64,000 bases of DNA from Natronospirillum sp. (GCF_022565775.1 NZ_JAIUMC010000005.1:2878-66877), one strand, 5' to 3'. Positions 41,443 through 52,267 are shown, counted from the stretch's first letter. Numbers and translations: made by a program. The notes: generated by a model from the letters alone, not told the origin.

Positions 41443-42849
41443 ATGTCAGAGCATACTCTGAAGCTGATCAAGGATAACGACGCCAAATGGGTGGACCTGC
41501 GGTTCACCGACAGCAAGGGGAAGGAACAGCACGTCACCATCCCGGCAAAAGGCGTCGACGAAGAATTTTTTGAAACCGGACAGATGTTCGATGGCTCGTC
41601 CATCGCCGGCTGGAAAGGCATCAACGAATCCGACATGATTCTGATGCCCGATGACGCCGCTTCGGTTATGGATCCCTTCACCGAAGACAGCACTGTTATC
41701 GTGCGTTGTGACATCGTGGAGCCGTCTACCATGCAGGGCTACGAGCGTGATCCGCGGTCTGTGGCCAAGCGCGCCGAAGCCTACCTGAAGTCGACGGGTC
41801 TGGGCGATACAGCCTTCTTCGGTCCGGAGCCAGAGTTTTTCGTGTTTGACAGTGTCAACTGGCACGTCAATATGCAGGGCGCTGGCTACTCCATCGAGTC
41901 GGAAGAAGGCGCCTGGGCGTCAGCTGACAAGTTCGAAGGCGGCAACATGGGCCACCGTCCGCGCGTCAAGGGCGGCTACTTCCCCGTGCCTCCGGTCGAC
42001 AGCCTGTATGATGTCCGCTCTGCCATGTGTGATGCCATGGAAGCCATGGGTCTGGACATCGAAGTACACCACCACGAAGTGGGCAATGCCGGTCAGTGTG
42101 AAATCGGGGTCAAGTTCAACACCCTGGTCGCCAAGGCCGACGAAGTCCAGATCATGAAGTACTGTGTACACAATGTGGCCCACGCCTATGGCAAGACAGC
42201 CACCTTCATGCCCAAGCCGCTGGTCGGTGACAATGGTTCCGGCATGCACGTTCACCAGTCTTTCTGGAAGGACGGCGTGAATCAGTTTGCCGGCGACAAG
42301 TACTCGGGCCTGTCCGAGACCGCCCTGTACTATATTGGCGGCATCATCAAGCACGCCCGTGCCCTGAACGCCTTCACCAACGCTTCCACCAACTCCTACA
42401 AGCGTCTGGTGCCGGGCTTTGAAGCCCCCGTCATGCTGGCCTACTCGGCCCGCAACCGTTCCGCGTCCATCCGGGTGCCTTACGTGGCCAGCCCGAAAGG
42501 CAAGCGGATCGAGACCCGCTTCCCGGATCCGACGGCCAACCCGTATCTGGCCTTTGCCGCGCTGCTGATGGCTGGCCTCGACGGCGTCAAGAACAAGATC
42601 CACCCCGGCGATGCTGCCGACAAGGACTTGTATGACCTGCCGGCGGAAGAAGCGCTGGAAATTCCGACCGTGGCCAACTCTCTGGAGCAGGCCCTGGAAG
42701 CGCTGAAAGAAGATCATGCCTTCCTGACCGAAGGCGGTGTCTTCTCCGAAGACATGATCAACGGCTATATCGAGCTGAAAGAAGATGACATCGAGCGTCT
42801 GCGCATGACGACGCACCCGGTCGAGTTCGATCTTTACTACTCGGTCTAA
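41443..42849 (+). CDS. glnA: Glutamine synthetase type I
   Basis: [37 protein letters not shown] and the adenylylation loop DLYDL. Start ATG 41443. Confidence 0.99.
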   Translation: MSEHTLKLIKDNDAKWVDLRFTDSKGKEQHVTIPAKGVDEEFFETGQMFDGSSIAGWKGINESDMILMPDDAASVMDPFTEDSTVIVRCDIVEPSTMQGYERDPRSVAKRAEAYLKSTGLGDTAFFGPEPEFFVFDSVNWHVNMQGAGYSIESEEGAWASADKFEGGNMGHRPRVKGGYFPVPPVDSLYDVRSAMCDAMEAMGLDIEVHHHEVGNAGQCEIGVKFNTLVAKADEVQIMKYCVHNVAHAYGKTATFMPKPLVGDNGSGMHVHQSFWKDGVNQFAGDKYSGLSETALYYIGGIIKHARALNAFTNASTNSYKRLVPGFEAPVMLAYSARNRSASIRVPYVASPKGKRIETRFPDPTANPYLAFAALLMAGLDGVKNKIHPGDAADKDLYDLPAEEALEIPTVANSLEQALEALKEDHAFLTEGGVFSEDMINGYIELKEDDIERLRMTTHPVEFDLYYSV

Positions 42850-42870
42850 GCCTTGATGACCTGAACACCG

Positions 42871-42892
42871 CGCGCCAGTCTCGACTGGCGCG
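42871..42892. repeat. Perfect GC-rich hairpin (REP-like) after glnA
   Basis: CGCGCCAGTC-tc-GACTGGCGCG; only one copy seen in the window. Confidence 0.5.
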
Positions 42893-42913
42893 TGCAGGTT
42901 GCAGCAGCCAAAT

Positions 42914-42943
42914 GCAAAAGCCCCGTTACAGGGGCTTTTTTGC
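42914..42943 (+). terminator. Rho-independent terminator of glnA (bidirectional shape)
   Basis: GCAAAAGCCCC-gttaca-GGGGCTTTTTTGC. Confidence 0.9.
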
Positions 42944-43066
42944 GTCTATGACCGTCATAAATCGCTGCACGACTGACGTCAATAGGTTCCATTTACACAT
43001 TAAATAGATGCCTATTTCTAGATATATATAATCAATAGAACAGCAACCATCAGGGGAGTCGCTGTT

Positions 43067-43834
43067 TTGTTCTTGTATTCGGTTTTTACTTCGCACCGTC
43101 GGTTGTCCATTCTGTTGGCGGCCATCATCGGCCTGACCGCATCACTGGCCAAAGCGGATACGCTGGTCGTCGCCGGGGATCCGTGGCGTCCCTATCTTGA
43201 CCCGGACGTGCCCAATCAGGGCATTGCCATTGAAATCGTTCGGGAATCACTGGCGACTCAAGGCTTTGATCTGGACTGGGAGATCATGCCCTGGGCCAGG
43301 GCGCTCTATGGCGCCCGCGACGGAGAGTACGATGTGCTGGTCGGCGTCTGGTACACCGAGGAGAGGGCGCAGTTTCTGCACTACAGCGACCCCTTTCTGG
43401 CCAATGAAGTCAAGCTGATCAAGCGGGCCGGTGATGACTTCGACTATCAGGCCCCCGAAGACCTTACCGGCAAGCGCCTGGGCCATATCATTGAATATGC
43501 CTACGGCGATGTGTTCGACAACGGAGAACATTTCTTCAAGGAACCGGCGGTCAACCTGGTCACCAATATACGCCGCCTCCGCCGCAACATGATCGATCTG
43601 ACACTGGAAGATGAACTGGTGGCGCGCGAGAACATCGGCCAGGTCAACCCGGACTACCTGAATGATATCGAGTTTGTCGATACTCCGATTTCCAGAAACG
43701 ATATGCATCTGACCGTTGGCCAGAACCACCCGGACGGCGAAGCCATTATTTCGGCGTTCAATGAAGGGCTGATGGAAATCAGGGAAAACGGCACCTACGA
43801 CCGAATACTCACGGACTACAACATCAGTCAATAG
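43067..43834 (+). CDS. Orphan periplasmic substrate-binding protein (family 3-like)
   Basis: Signal peptide ending AKA, DPWRPY, MPWARAL and FNEGL..IRENGTYDRIL; TTG start after GGGGAG. Confidence 0.85.
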   Translation: MFLYSVFTSHRRLSILLAAIIGLTASLAKADTLVVAGDPWRPYLDPDVPNQGIAIEIVRESLATQGFDLDWEIMPWARALYGARDGEYDVLVGVWYTEERAQFLHYSDPFLANEVKLIKRAGDDFDYQAPEDLTGKRLGHIIEYAYGDVFDNGEHFFKEPAVNLVTNIRRLRRNMIDLTLEDELVARENIGQVNPDYLNDIEFVDTPISRNDMHLTVGQNHPDGEAIISAFNEGLMEIRENGTYDRILTDYNISQ

Positions 43835-43958
43835 TTAATGGCTGCGCCAGGCACGGCATGCACCCGGCCTCAGTATCCTTGCCAGGGAATGGTCCTCAAT
43901 CAACAACGCCCGCCAATTATTGCTATCATCGGCACTACATTTTCCGGTGTCTTCACTT

Positions 43959-45155
43959 ATGGCTCCGACATACGACATTGCAATCCTGGGCGGGGGCCTG
44001 ACCGGTCTCGCCATGGCTCATGCACTGCCCGCTCACTGGCGGCGCAACTGTGTGCTGATCGACAGTGCCGAAGCGCCTTCTGACAGCGCAGTATCTCTGG
44101 CAAAGCAGCCTCCGGGGCTGGATGACCGGGGCACTGCGCTCAACCGGCGCAGCCTGGATATTCTGGAGACCTGGGGCCTGATGAAGGGGCTGCGTGATCA
44201 GGTCGGCGAGATTCGTCATATCGAAGTCAGTCAGCAGGGCTACTGGGGCACGGCCGACCTGGAGACTGGACCAAAGGAACCGGCCTTCGGAGCCGTGGTC
44301 AGCAACCGCCAACTGGGAGCGGCCCTGTATCAGGGGCTGCAGTCCGGACCGGCTGCTGATCAACCCGAGATCCGGCACAACAGCACCGTCGCCGACGTCC
44401 GCTTCACCGCCGATCGGGTCAGCCTGACGCTGGAGGATGGCGACACCCTGTCAGCCCGCCTGCTGATTCTGGCCGATGGCGGCCGCTCTGGTCTCGGAGA
44501 CCGGCTCGGGCTGACCTATCGCCAACATGATTATCATCAGGTGGCCTACACGCTGAACCTGGAACGGGAATACCCCTCGGATGGTCGAGCCTACGAACGC
44601 TTCAGCCGCGAAGGCCCGCGCGCCCTGCTGCCTCTGGCCGGGCACCGACAGACCGCGGTCTGGGTGGTGCCAGACAGCCTTACTCTGCACCTTGACCATT
44701 GGACCAAGACAGACTGGCAGCAGGCGCTGACCGAGTGTTTTGGCTACGCTCAGGGACGGATCACGGCAGTGTCAGCAGCGTCAAGCTACCCATTGCAGTT
44801 TCGCCAGGTGCGCGAACAGGCGCGGGCCCGCCTGGCGGTGATCGGCAATGGCGCCCTGACCCTGCACCCAGTGGCCGGACAGGGGTTCAACTTGCATCTG
44901 CGCAGCCTCCATGAACTTGGTGAAGCGCTACAGGCGACCCCCGACCCGGGTAACGCACAGCTGCTGCGCCAATGGGCTGACCGGGTGGCACAGGACCAGC
45001 GACAGATCGCCCAGGCCTGTCATGGGCTGGTCAGCCTGTTCGGGTTGCAACCCTCGATGGTCGCGCATGCCCGGGGCCTGGGTCTGGCCGCCCTTAACGG
45101 GCTGCCCGGGGTGCGGAAAATACTGACGCAGCGGGCCATGGGGATGTCGACTTGA
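43959..45155 (+). CDS. ubiH: 2-octaprenyl-6-methoxyphenol hydroxylase
   Basis: GGGLTG FAD motif, ADGGRS, AYERF and GNGALTLHPVAGQGFNL; first of a tandem pair. Confidence 0.85.
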   Translation: MAPTYDIAILGGGLTGLAMAHALPAHWRRNCVLIDSAEAPSDSAVSLAKQPPGLDDRGTALNRRSLDILETWGLMKGLRDQVGEIRHIEVSQQGYWGTADLETGPKEPAFGAVVSNRQLGAALYQGLQSGPAADQPEIRHNSTVADVRFTADRVSLTLEDGDTLSARLLILADGGRSGLGDRLGLTYRQHDYHQVAYTLNLEREYPSDGRAYERFSREGPRALLPLAGHRQTAVWVVPDSLTLHLDHWTKTDWQQALTECFGYAQGRITAVSAASSYPLQFRQVREQARARLAVIGNGALTLHPVAGQGFNLHLRSLHELGEALQATPDPGNAQLLRQWADRVAQDQRQIAQACHGLVSLFGLQPSMVAHARGLGLAALNGLPGVRKILTQRAMGMST

Positions 45156-45179
45156 TGGCGCGATACAGGAGAGTGCACA

Positions 45180-46412
45180 GTGGCTGAGCAGCCGATGGAG
45201 TCGGTCGACATTCTGATTGCCGGTGGGGGCATGGTGGGCGCCAGCCTCGCGTTGGCACTGCGCGGCCTGCCCTGGACCCTGGGGCTGGTGGACCCGCGTC
45301 CGGGGCTCGACGAGCCCTTGCCGCCGGTTGATGGCCCGGCGGCATTCGGCCCGCGGGTCAGCGCGCTCTCGCTGGCCAGCGAACAGTTTCTGCGTGAGTT
45401 GGGCATCTGGTTGCAGTTGCCGGAAGATCGTCTGGCCAGTTATACGCACATGCAGGTCTGGGATGCCGAAGGCAGTGGCAAGCTCAGCTTCTCGCCAGAA
45501 CAGGCCGGACTGAAGCAACTCGGTCATATCGTGGAGAACCGGGTGGTCGAGCATGCGCTCTGGCAGGCCCTGCTGGACTGGCCTGAGCTGGTCAGACCAG
45601 TGGCGGCCAGAATAGAAACCGTGGAGCGCGAAGCTCATCATGCTGGTCACGCCGATGGCTGGCGGGTTGTATTGAATGACGGCCGCACGATTCTGGCCCG
45701 ACTGTTGTTGATCGCCGACGGCGCCCGCTCACCGCTCCGCGCGCAACTGCAGTGGCCAACCCGTGAGTGGTCCTATGACCAGACGGCCGTGGTAGCCACG
45801 GTTCAGCACACGCAACCGCATGCGCAGACTGCCCGGCAGGCGTTTCATCGTCAGGGACCACTGGCCTTCCTGCCGCTGGCTCTGCCGGACACCAGCTCTA
45901 TTGTCTGGTCGCTGGACACGCCGGCGGCCGACGAGTTCATCGGCCTCGGCAAATCGGCTCAGTGTCGGGCCCTGAGTGCCGGTATCGGGAGTGTTCTGGG
46001 CGAGGTATCTCTACACAGCCCGGTTCTGCACTTTCCCTTGCATCAGCGCCATGCCAAACGGTATGTCCAGCCCGGTGCGGCACTGGTGGGCGATGCGGCT
46101 CACAGCATCCATCCGCTGGCGGGTCAGGGGGCCAATCTGGGGCTCAAGGATGCGGCGGCGCTGGCGGCGGTCTTGCATGACGCCGCGGCCAATAATCTGC
46201 CCCTTGAAGAGCCACTGATTCTGCGCCGCTACCAGCGGCAACGACAAACTGACAACCTGCAGACCATGCTCGCCATGGAGGGCCTGAAACGGCTCTTCGG
46301 TGCTCGCCATCCAGCACTGCATCTGGCCCGCAATCTGGGCATGAGCGGGTTCAATCGAAGCCCGACCCTGATGCGCAACGCCATCCGGCAGGCGGCCGGG
46401 CTGCCGGTCTAG
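45180..46412 (+). CDS. ubiI: UbiI/VisC-like FAD-dependent hydroxylase
   Basis: GGGMVG, RVSALS, ADGARS and GDAAHSIHPLAGQGANLG; follows ubiH. Confidence 0.8.
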   Translation: MAEQPMESVDILIAGGGMVGASLALALRGLPWTLGLVDPRPGLDEPLPPVDGPAAFGPRVSALSLASEQFLRELGIWLQLPEDRLASYTHMQVWDAEGSGKLSFSPEQAGLKQLGHIVENRVVEHALWQALLDWPELVRPVAARIETVEREAHHAGHADGWRVVLNDGRTILARLLLIADGARSPLRAQLQWPTREWSYDQTAVVATVQHTQPHAQTARQAFHRQGPLAFLPLALPDTSSIVWSLDTPAADEFIGLGKSAQCRALSAGIGSVLGEVSLHSPVLHFPLHQRHAKRYVQPGAALVGDAAHSIHPLAGQGANLGLKDAAALAAVLHDAAANNLPLEEPLILRRYQRQRQTDNLQTMLAMEGLKRLFGARHPALHLARNLGMSGFNRSPTLMRNAIRQAAGLPV

Positions 46413-46864
46413 GCAAATCCCGACTGTCGCCAGGCCTCATAGGCCACCACCGCCACCGCATTGGACAGGTTGAGGCTGCGCCCCTCCGCCCGCATGGGCA
46501 GCCGACGCCACTGCTGCTGCGGCCAGAGTGACAGCACCGAGTCCGGCAAGCCCCGGGTTTCCGGACCAAACAGAAAATAGTCCCCTTCGCTGAGCGTGGC
46601 CTCGAACAGGGAGTGCTCCGCCCGGGTGGTTAACGCCCAGACACGCGCCGGCTGTTGGGCAGTCAAAAAACCGTCGAAATCCGCGTGGATCCGCACCGTT
46701 GCCCATTCATGATAATCCAGCCCGGCGCGCCGCAGCGCCTTCTCCTCCATCGCGAACCCCAAAGGCTCGATCAGATGCAGATGGCAGCCGGCATTGGCGC
46801 ACAATCGAATGATATTGCCCGTGTTCGGTGGAATCTCGGGTTGGTAAAGCACGAGGTGGAACAT
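46409..46864 (-). CDS. trmL: tRNA (cytidine/uridine-34-2'-O)-methyltransferase
   Basis: PEIPPNTGNIIR, RRAGLDY, FGPETRGL and RSLNLSNAV (SPOUT fold). Start set at ATG 46864. Confidence 0.95.
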   Translation of the reverse strand: MFHLVLYQPEIPPNTGNIIRLCANAGCHLHLIEPLGFAMEEKALRRAGLDYHEWATVRIHADFDGFLTAQQPARVWALTTRAEHSLFEATLSEGDYFLFGPETRGLPDSVLSLWPQQQWRRLPMRAEGRSLNLSNAVAVVAYEAWRQSGFA

Positions 46865-47068
46865 GATGTCCGCTTTTCCTATTGCCAATAAGCCGGTAGT
46901 ATGGTTTAACGGTCAAGAATTTGTCATTTTGCGCTCTTGGCCCTGGCCATAATACCAAGATAAGAGTGATCAGGATCCCAGTGATTGAGCCGCGCAGATG
47001 CACAACATTCCCAGGTGGAAAGTGATGCGTCCGCCGAAATCATACAGAAACGGAGGTAGTAGCGTCTG

Positions 47069-48031
47069 ATGGGGCGTTTATTCCGGAGCGGACAAGGCGT
47101 GGTGGGCTGCGAAGCCAGACCCGACCATCTTCTGCTGGCTCATGTGGTGCCCGGCAGGCGTCCTGCGATCAAGCGCCTTCAGCAAGTGCCCTATCGGGAC
47201 ATCTCCGCCGAGCAACTGCGCGACATCGCCAAAGCCTCCCGACTGCGCAGCCAGCCCTGGGTCTGGATTCTCCCTCATGATGCCTATCAGCTGATGCTGG
47301 TGGATGTTCCCGATGTGCCGGAAGAAGAAATCCGTTCCGCGCTGCGCTGGCGGGTCAAGGACCTGATCAGCTTCCCGCTTGAAGAAGCCGCCGTTGACAC
47401 CTTGATGCTGCCCGGCGAAGCCTTCCGTGGCCGCAGCCGAATGGCCTTTGCCGCCATCGCACGACGTGCGCAGACCGAACCGGTTGAGTCGGCCTTTGGT
47501 CGGGCCGGGCTGCGCCTGGCCAGCATCGATATTGCCGACACGGCATTGCGCACGCTTAGTACCTACAGCAGCCAGCACAATGCCAATGCGCTGCTGCGCG
47601 TCGAAGCAGATCAGTCTTTTCTGTGCGCCAGCTACCAGGGCGACCTGTGCCTCAATCGCAGCCTGTCTCTGCGCCTGAGCGATCTGGTCAGTCCGGACGA
47701 GGAACCGCACGCCCCGGCAGCTGAAGGCGGCATTGCTCTGGACACCGACACCGATGTGCGCCTCGACACCCTGGCGCTGGAGCTGCAGCGTTCTTTCGAC
47801 TATTTCGAGACCCAGCTTGGTCTGGGCAGTCTGCAGGAGTTGCGGTTACTGACAGAAACCCCGCTGGAGAGCTCGCTGTTCGATTTTCTCGCCAAGCGCT
47901 TTTCTCTGCAGGCGGCACCCCTGAACCTGGCCGACCATCTGGACATACCGGACACCATCGATGAAGCAGAAGTCGCCCGTTTTGCCGTGGCTATCGGCGG
48001 AGCGCTGCAATGGCTGGGAGGGCGCAAATGA
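47069..48031 (+). CDS. mshI: MSHA biogenesis protein MshI (PilM-like actin fold)
   Basis: YQLMLVDVPDVPEEE...ALRWRVKDL and LALELQRSFDYFE; first gene of the msh operon. Confidence 0.8.
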   Translation: MGRLFRSGQGVVGCEARPDHLLLAHVVPGRRPAIKRLQQVPYRDISAEQLRDIAKASRLRSQPWVWILPHDAYQLMLVDVPDVPEEEIRSALRWRVKDLISFPLEEAAVDTLMLPGEAFRGRSRMAFAAIARRAQTEPVESAFGRAGLRLASIDIADTALRTLSTYSSQHNANALLRVEADQSFLCASYQGDLCLNRSLSLRLSDLVSPDEEPHAPAAEGGIALDTDTDVRLDTLALELQRSFDYFETQLGLGSLQELRLLTETPLESSLFDFLAKRFSLQAAPLNLADHLDIPDTIDEAEVARFAVAIGGALQWLGGRK

Positions 48032-48657
48032 TGCAACGCATTGATCTTCGCCAGTCGCGCAATGACGAACGTCGTCTGCGCGCCGGCACATTGATTCTGC
48101 TGCTGATCGCCGCTGTGCTGGCAGCCGGGCTGGTCAGTGCCCTGCAATTCCATTTGTATCAGCAGCGCCAACTGGCACTGACTGCAGCAACCGAAGACGC
48201 CCAGGCCGCTCAACGTGAGCTGGAGGCGTTTGCCGTGTCCAACCCCGACCTCAGAAATACGGAAGCGCTTGAGGCCAGTATAGACACGCTGCGCGACAAC
48301 CTCGCCCAGCGCCGCCAGCTGCTGACCAACCTGCAGCGCAGCACCGGCGCCCGCCCCTATTCGTATGATGCCTTTCTGCGCACCCTGGCAGAGCAGCGCC
48401 TTGACGGCGTCTGGCTGACCGCCTTCAGCATCGACAACCGGGCTGAACTGAGTCAGGTTCGGGTGCGTCTGCGCGGTGAGACAGAGTCACCTGACCTGTT
48501 GCCGCAGTATCTGGATCGTCTGCGTGACGGCGGCGGCACTCGGCTGCATTTCGACGACCTGCGTCTGCAGCAACTGGACGGCGATGCCGGCTTCTATGGC
48601 TTCAGCCTCGAAACCCGGGGCATGAGTGAAGGTACGGCAGGGAGGCGGCAACCATGA
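48028..48657 (+). CDS. PilN/MshI1-like assembly protein
   Basis: MQRIDL start, single TM, coiled coil, LAEQRLDGVWLT; ATGA-coupled. Confidence 0.75.
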   Translation: MMQRIDLRQSRNDERRLRAGTLILLLIAAVLAAGLVSALQFHLYQQRQLALTAATEDAQAAQRELEAFAVSNPDLRNTEALEASIDTLRDNLAQRRQLLTNLQRSTGARPYSYDAFLRTLAEQRLDGVWLTAFSIDNRAELSQVRVRLRGETESPDLLPQYLDRLRDGGGTRLHFDDLRLQQLDGDAGFYGFSLETRGMSEGTAGRRQP

Positions 48658-49304
48658 GATTGAGGGCGCTCCTCTACCGACTGAACCAACACCTGCTCCG
48701 GCTGCGGGCGCGCGATTCCTGGCTGCTGGGCATCATTCTCGTATTGTTGATCGGCAGCGCCCAGTATGGCGCCATCACGCTGCTGGGCTGGCAGAACGTG
48801 GAGGAAGACCGCGCACAGATAGCGCGCCAGGAACGGCTCACCGCTGAGTTCGAAGCCCAGTTGCTGAGCCTGCAACAGGATCAGGATGACCCCCGTCAGG
48901 ACCAGTTGCAGCGCCAGATTGAACAGTTGGGTGTCGATATCACGAGGACCAATGAGACCATTACCACCATCACTGCCAACCTGGTGACACCGGAAGAGAT
49001 GGTGCGCGTATTGCGCCAACTGCTGGAGCGTCAGGACGGACTGCGCCTGCGCCGGCTGGAGACTCTGCCGATGACGAGCACCGGCAGCTCCGGGGACGAA
49101 GGCACCCAAGTCTATCGCCATGCCCTGACCATGGAACTGGACGGCAGCTTCAATGCGATTGCCCGTTATATCCGTGCTGTTGAAGACTCGGAGTGGCAGA
49201 TCTACTGGCAGAGCATGCATTATGAAATCGGGCAGTACCCGAACGGGCGTCTGACCATTACCCTGTACACGCTCAGCAATGAGGAGGGTTGGCTCAATGT
49301 CTGA
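48654..49304 (+). CDS. mshJ: MSHA biogenesis protein MshJ (PilO-like)
   Basis: TM, LVTPEEM..VLRQLL, YRHAL and IYWQSMHY...YP...LTITLYTLS. Confidence 0.85.
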   Translation: MRLRALLYRLNQHLLRLRARDSWLLGIILVLLIGSAQYGAITLLGWQNVEEDRAQIARQERLTAEFEAQLLSLQQDQDDPRQDQLQRQIEQLGVDITRTNETITTITANLVTPEEMVRVLRQLLERQDGLRLRRLETLPMTSTGSSGDEGTQVYRHALTMELDGSFNAIARYIRAVEDSEWQIYWQSMHYEIGQYPNGRLTITLYTLSNEEGWLNV

Positions 49305-49740
49305 TCATTCCACCGCCCGCAGGGGCTGGATGTGTGCCATCTTCCTGACTCTGGGTGCGGCCGGTGCACCGGCGGACGAGTTGGCCGATCCCATGCGTCC
49401 GACCCCGACGCCACCCCCCGTCACTACTCCGGCACCGTCGACAGCCCAGCCTGCGCAAGCGCCGCGCTTCAACCCGGACCAATACCGCCTGCAGGCGGTG
49501 TATCAGATGGGATCGATACAACGTGCCCGCATCAACGGCACCTGGTACGAAACAGGCGACAGGCTCGCGGATGGGGTCACTATCAGCCGCATTGATCCTG
49601 ACAACGTGCAGGTAAGGGCGCAGGGCAATTCACACACGCTGCAGCTGGATCAGGCCAGGGCCCGGTTCCAGCGACTGAACGATCAGGAAGGCGAAAACAC
49701 TGGTTCTTCATCTTCAGGACAGCCACAGGAGGCTCGATGA
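49297..49740 (+). CDS. mshK: MSHA biogenesis protein MshK
   Basis: LADPMRP and RARING motifs; position between mshJ and the secretin. Confidence 0.75.
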   Translation: MSDHSTARRGWMCAIFLTLGAAGAPADELADPMRPTPTPPPVTTPAPSTAQPAQAPRFNPDQYRLQAVYQMGSIQRARINGTWYETGDRLADGVTISRIDPDNVQVRAQGNSHTLQLDQARARFQRLNDQEGENTGSSSSGQPQEAR

Positions 49741-51329
49741 ATCTCGCTGCCATCGCTTTACCCCAAGCCCGTCCGCTTGCGCGCAGGCGCGCGTTTACGC
49801 TGCTGCCCATGCTGTTGTGGCTGGCCGCCTGTGCGGGCACTCCGGCGGGCCAAGAGGGGGCGGAGGCGCCTGAGCCTGCCGCTCAGGAACGCATGGCTGA
49901 GCGCCTGGCCGATATGGCGCCTGAGGCACGTGGCCGTGAGGCAGCACCCGAATTGCCGCCGGAACTGGATGCCATGGTGCTGGATGCCGAGCCGACCTCA
50001 CTAGAGCGGTTCGATGTGTCAGCCACCGATGTCGAACTGGCGCAGTTCCTCGATGATCTCGCCGAAGTTGCCAATACCAATATACTGCTGGACTCCGGCG
50101 TAAACGGTACTGTGTCGCTGCGCCTGCGCGATGTCACGGTGCGGGATGTCATGCATGCATTGCAGGACCAGATGGGCATCGCCTTTTCGCGCACCGACTA
50201 TGGCTATCGGGTCAGCGGTGACCAGTTGCAGACCCGAATGTTCCGGGTCAACTATCTGGACGTGCAGCGCAGCGGCTCCTCGACCACGGGTATCAGCACC
50301 GGCCAGATCACCAGCGGCGGCCAGTCCAGCCAGCTGGATACGCGCAATGAAACAGATTTCTGGGGCACGCTGGAAGCCACCCTAAGCATGATGATGGGCT
50401 CGGGCGGAGACCGCCAACTGGTCATCAACCGACAGACCGGCCTGATCGTGGTCAAGGCGCCGCCCAGTGAACTGCGCACCATCAGCGATTTTCTGTATGA
50501 AGCCGAGCTGGCGCTGCAGCAGCAGGTGATCATCGAAGCACGGGTTCTGGAAGTGCGCCTGACCGACACCTTTGCCTCGGGTATCGACTGGAGCATTCTG
50601 GGCGACGACATCGGTGGCGTCAGCGGTCTTGATATCGGCGCTGGCGTATCCGGCAGTTCACCCAGTTCGGCTGACTCGGATCTGGATGGCGTCTTCAACC
50701 TCAGCCTGAACCTGCGTAACTTCAACTCGGTGCTGCGGGCTCTGCGCACCCAGGGCGAAGTAGAAGTGCTGTCCAGCCCGCGAATTTCGACGGTGAACAA
50801 CCAGAAAGCCATGATCAAGGTGGGCAGCGAGGAGCAGTTCGTCAATGTCAGCTCAGTGACCACCACTGACAGTGATGGCGAGCAGCAACTTAACCCCAGC
50901 TTCACGCTTGAGCCCTATTTCTCCGGTATCGCACTGGATGTCACACCGCAGATTGCCGACAACGACCAGATTATCCTGCATGTTCACCCGTCAGTGATTC
51001 AGGTGACCGCCACCAACCGCTCGTTCACCATTCAGGGAGAGGCGTTCAACCTGCCGGTGGCCAGTTCAACCATCCGCGAAACCGACAGTGTCATCCGGGC
51101 GGAAAATGGCCAGGTGGTGGTGATCGGCGGTCTGCTGCAGAACTCCATCACCAGCCTTCGCAGTGGCGTACCCAATCGCGGCAGCGGACTGTTCAGCTGG
51201 CTGCTGGGTCAGGATCGAGAATCCACCGAGCGGACCGAACTGATCATTCTGCTGCGCCCGGCTATTGCCGACGCCGGCACCTTTGAGGAAGATATAAGGA
51301 ATACCTCGACACGACTGCTAGAACCCTGA
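49737..51329 (+). CDS. mshL: Pilus secretin MshL (lipoprotein)
   Basis: Lipobox LAAC, QVIIEARVLEV, LSSPRISTVNNQKAMIKVG, GIALDVTPQ and VVVIGGLL. Confidence 0.9.
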   Translation: MNLAAIALPQARPLARRRAFTLLPMLLWLAACAGTPAGQEGAEAPEPAAQERMAERLADMAPEARGREAAPELPPELDAMVLDAEPTSLERFDVSATDVELAQFLDDLAEVANTNILLDSGVNGTVSLRLRDVTVRDVMHALQDQMGIAFSRTDYGYRVSGDQLQTRMFRVNYLDVQRSGSSTTGISTGQITSGGQSSQLDTRNETDFWGTLEATLSMMMGSGGDRQLVINRQTGLIVVKAPPSELRTISDFLYEAELALQQQVIIEARVLEVRLTDTFASGIDWSILGDDIGGVSGLDIGAGVSGSSPSSADSDLDGVFNLSLNLRNFNSVLRALRTQGEVEVLSSPRISTVNNQKAMIKVGSEEQFVNVSSVTTTDSDGEQQLNPSFTLEPYFSGIALDVTPQIADNDQIILHVHPSVIQVTATNRSFTIQGEAFNLPVASSTIRETDSVIRAENGQVVVIGGLLQNSITSLRSGVPNRGSGLFSWLLGQDRESTERTELIILLRPAIADAGTFEEDIRNTSTRLLEP

Positions 51330-51331
51330 CC

Positions 51332-52267
51332 ATGTATGAGGCCTTTTTCGGACTAGATCATGCGCCATTCAGCCTGACCCCGGACACCGGAAGACTGGTC
51401 AGCCTGGACAGCCACGCCGCCTGCTTCGACCTGCTGCGGTTTGCCATCGAGTCCAATGAAGGCTTCGTCAAGATCGTGGGTGATGTCGGCACCGGAAAAA
51501 CCCTGCTCAGCCGCCGCCTGCTGCAGTTTCTGCAGGACGATGAACGATACCTTCCCATCTATGTGCCCAACCCGATGCTCAGTGCACTGGGTCTGATGCG
51601 CGCCATTGCCTCGGCATTACAGATCGAAGGGGCGGGTACACAACGCTATGCCGACCTGTTCGAGGGCATACAACAGTGCCTGCTGGCAGAGGTGGATCGG
51701 GGGCGCACCGCCGTGATCATTATTGACGAGGCGCAGGCACTGCCACCCGACACTCTGGAAGCGCTGCGCCTGATTACCAATCTGGAAACAGAGACCCGCA
51801 AGCTGGTGCAGATCGTGTTGCTGGGTCAGCCGGAACTCGACGCCGTGCTGAGCCAGCATCGCTTCCGCCAGCTGCGCCAGCGCATTGCCTTTCACGCCAC
51901 ACTGGAACCCATGGCCGCCCACCATGTCGGTCATTATGTACAGGCGCGGATGCAGGCATCCGGCTACCGGGGAGCACCCGTGTTCACGCCGGGCGCTCTC
52001 AAACGGCTGTACCGATACAGCCGGGGCGTACCTCGTCTGCTCAATATCCTGTGCCACAAGGCGCTGCTGTCAGCCTATGCCCGCGGTCAGCAACTGGTCA
52101 CCCCGGGAGACATTCGCCGGGCCGCTGCCGATACCCAGGCCACGGTGCGCTGGGGTGGCGGCTGGTGGCCGGCTCTGGGTCTGATACCGCTGGTTCTGCT
52201 TGCAGTTCTTCTGCTGGTGATGAACTTCGGCGGCGCTTCCGGCCTGCTATTGGAGTTCTTGCCATGA
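51332..52267 (+). CDS. mshM: ExeA-like AAA ATPase MshM
   Basis: MYEAFFGL...PF, GDVGTGKT, IIDEAQ, LLGQPEL, QLRQRI and GVPRLLNILC. Confidence 0.9.
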   Translation: MYEAFFGLDHAPFSLTPDTGRLVSLDSHAACFDLLRFAIESNEGFVKIVGDVGTGKTLLSRRLLQFLQDDERYLPIYVPNPMLSALGLMRAIASALQIEGAGTQRYADLFEGIQQCLLAEVDRGRTAVIIIDEAQALPPDTLEALRLITNLETETRKLVQIVLLGQPELDAVLSQHRFRQLRQRIAFHATLEPMAAHHVGHYVQARMQASGYRGAPVFTPGALKRLYRYSRGVPRLLNILCHKALLSAYARGQQLVTPGDIRRAAADTQATVRWGGGWWPALGLIPLVLLAVLLLVMNFGGASGLLLEFLP

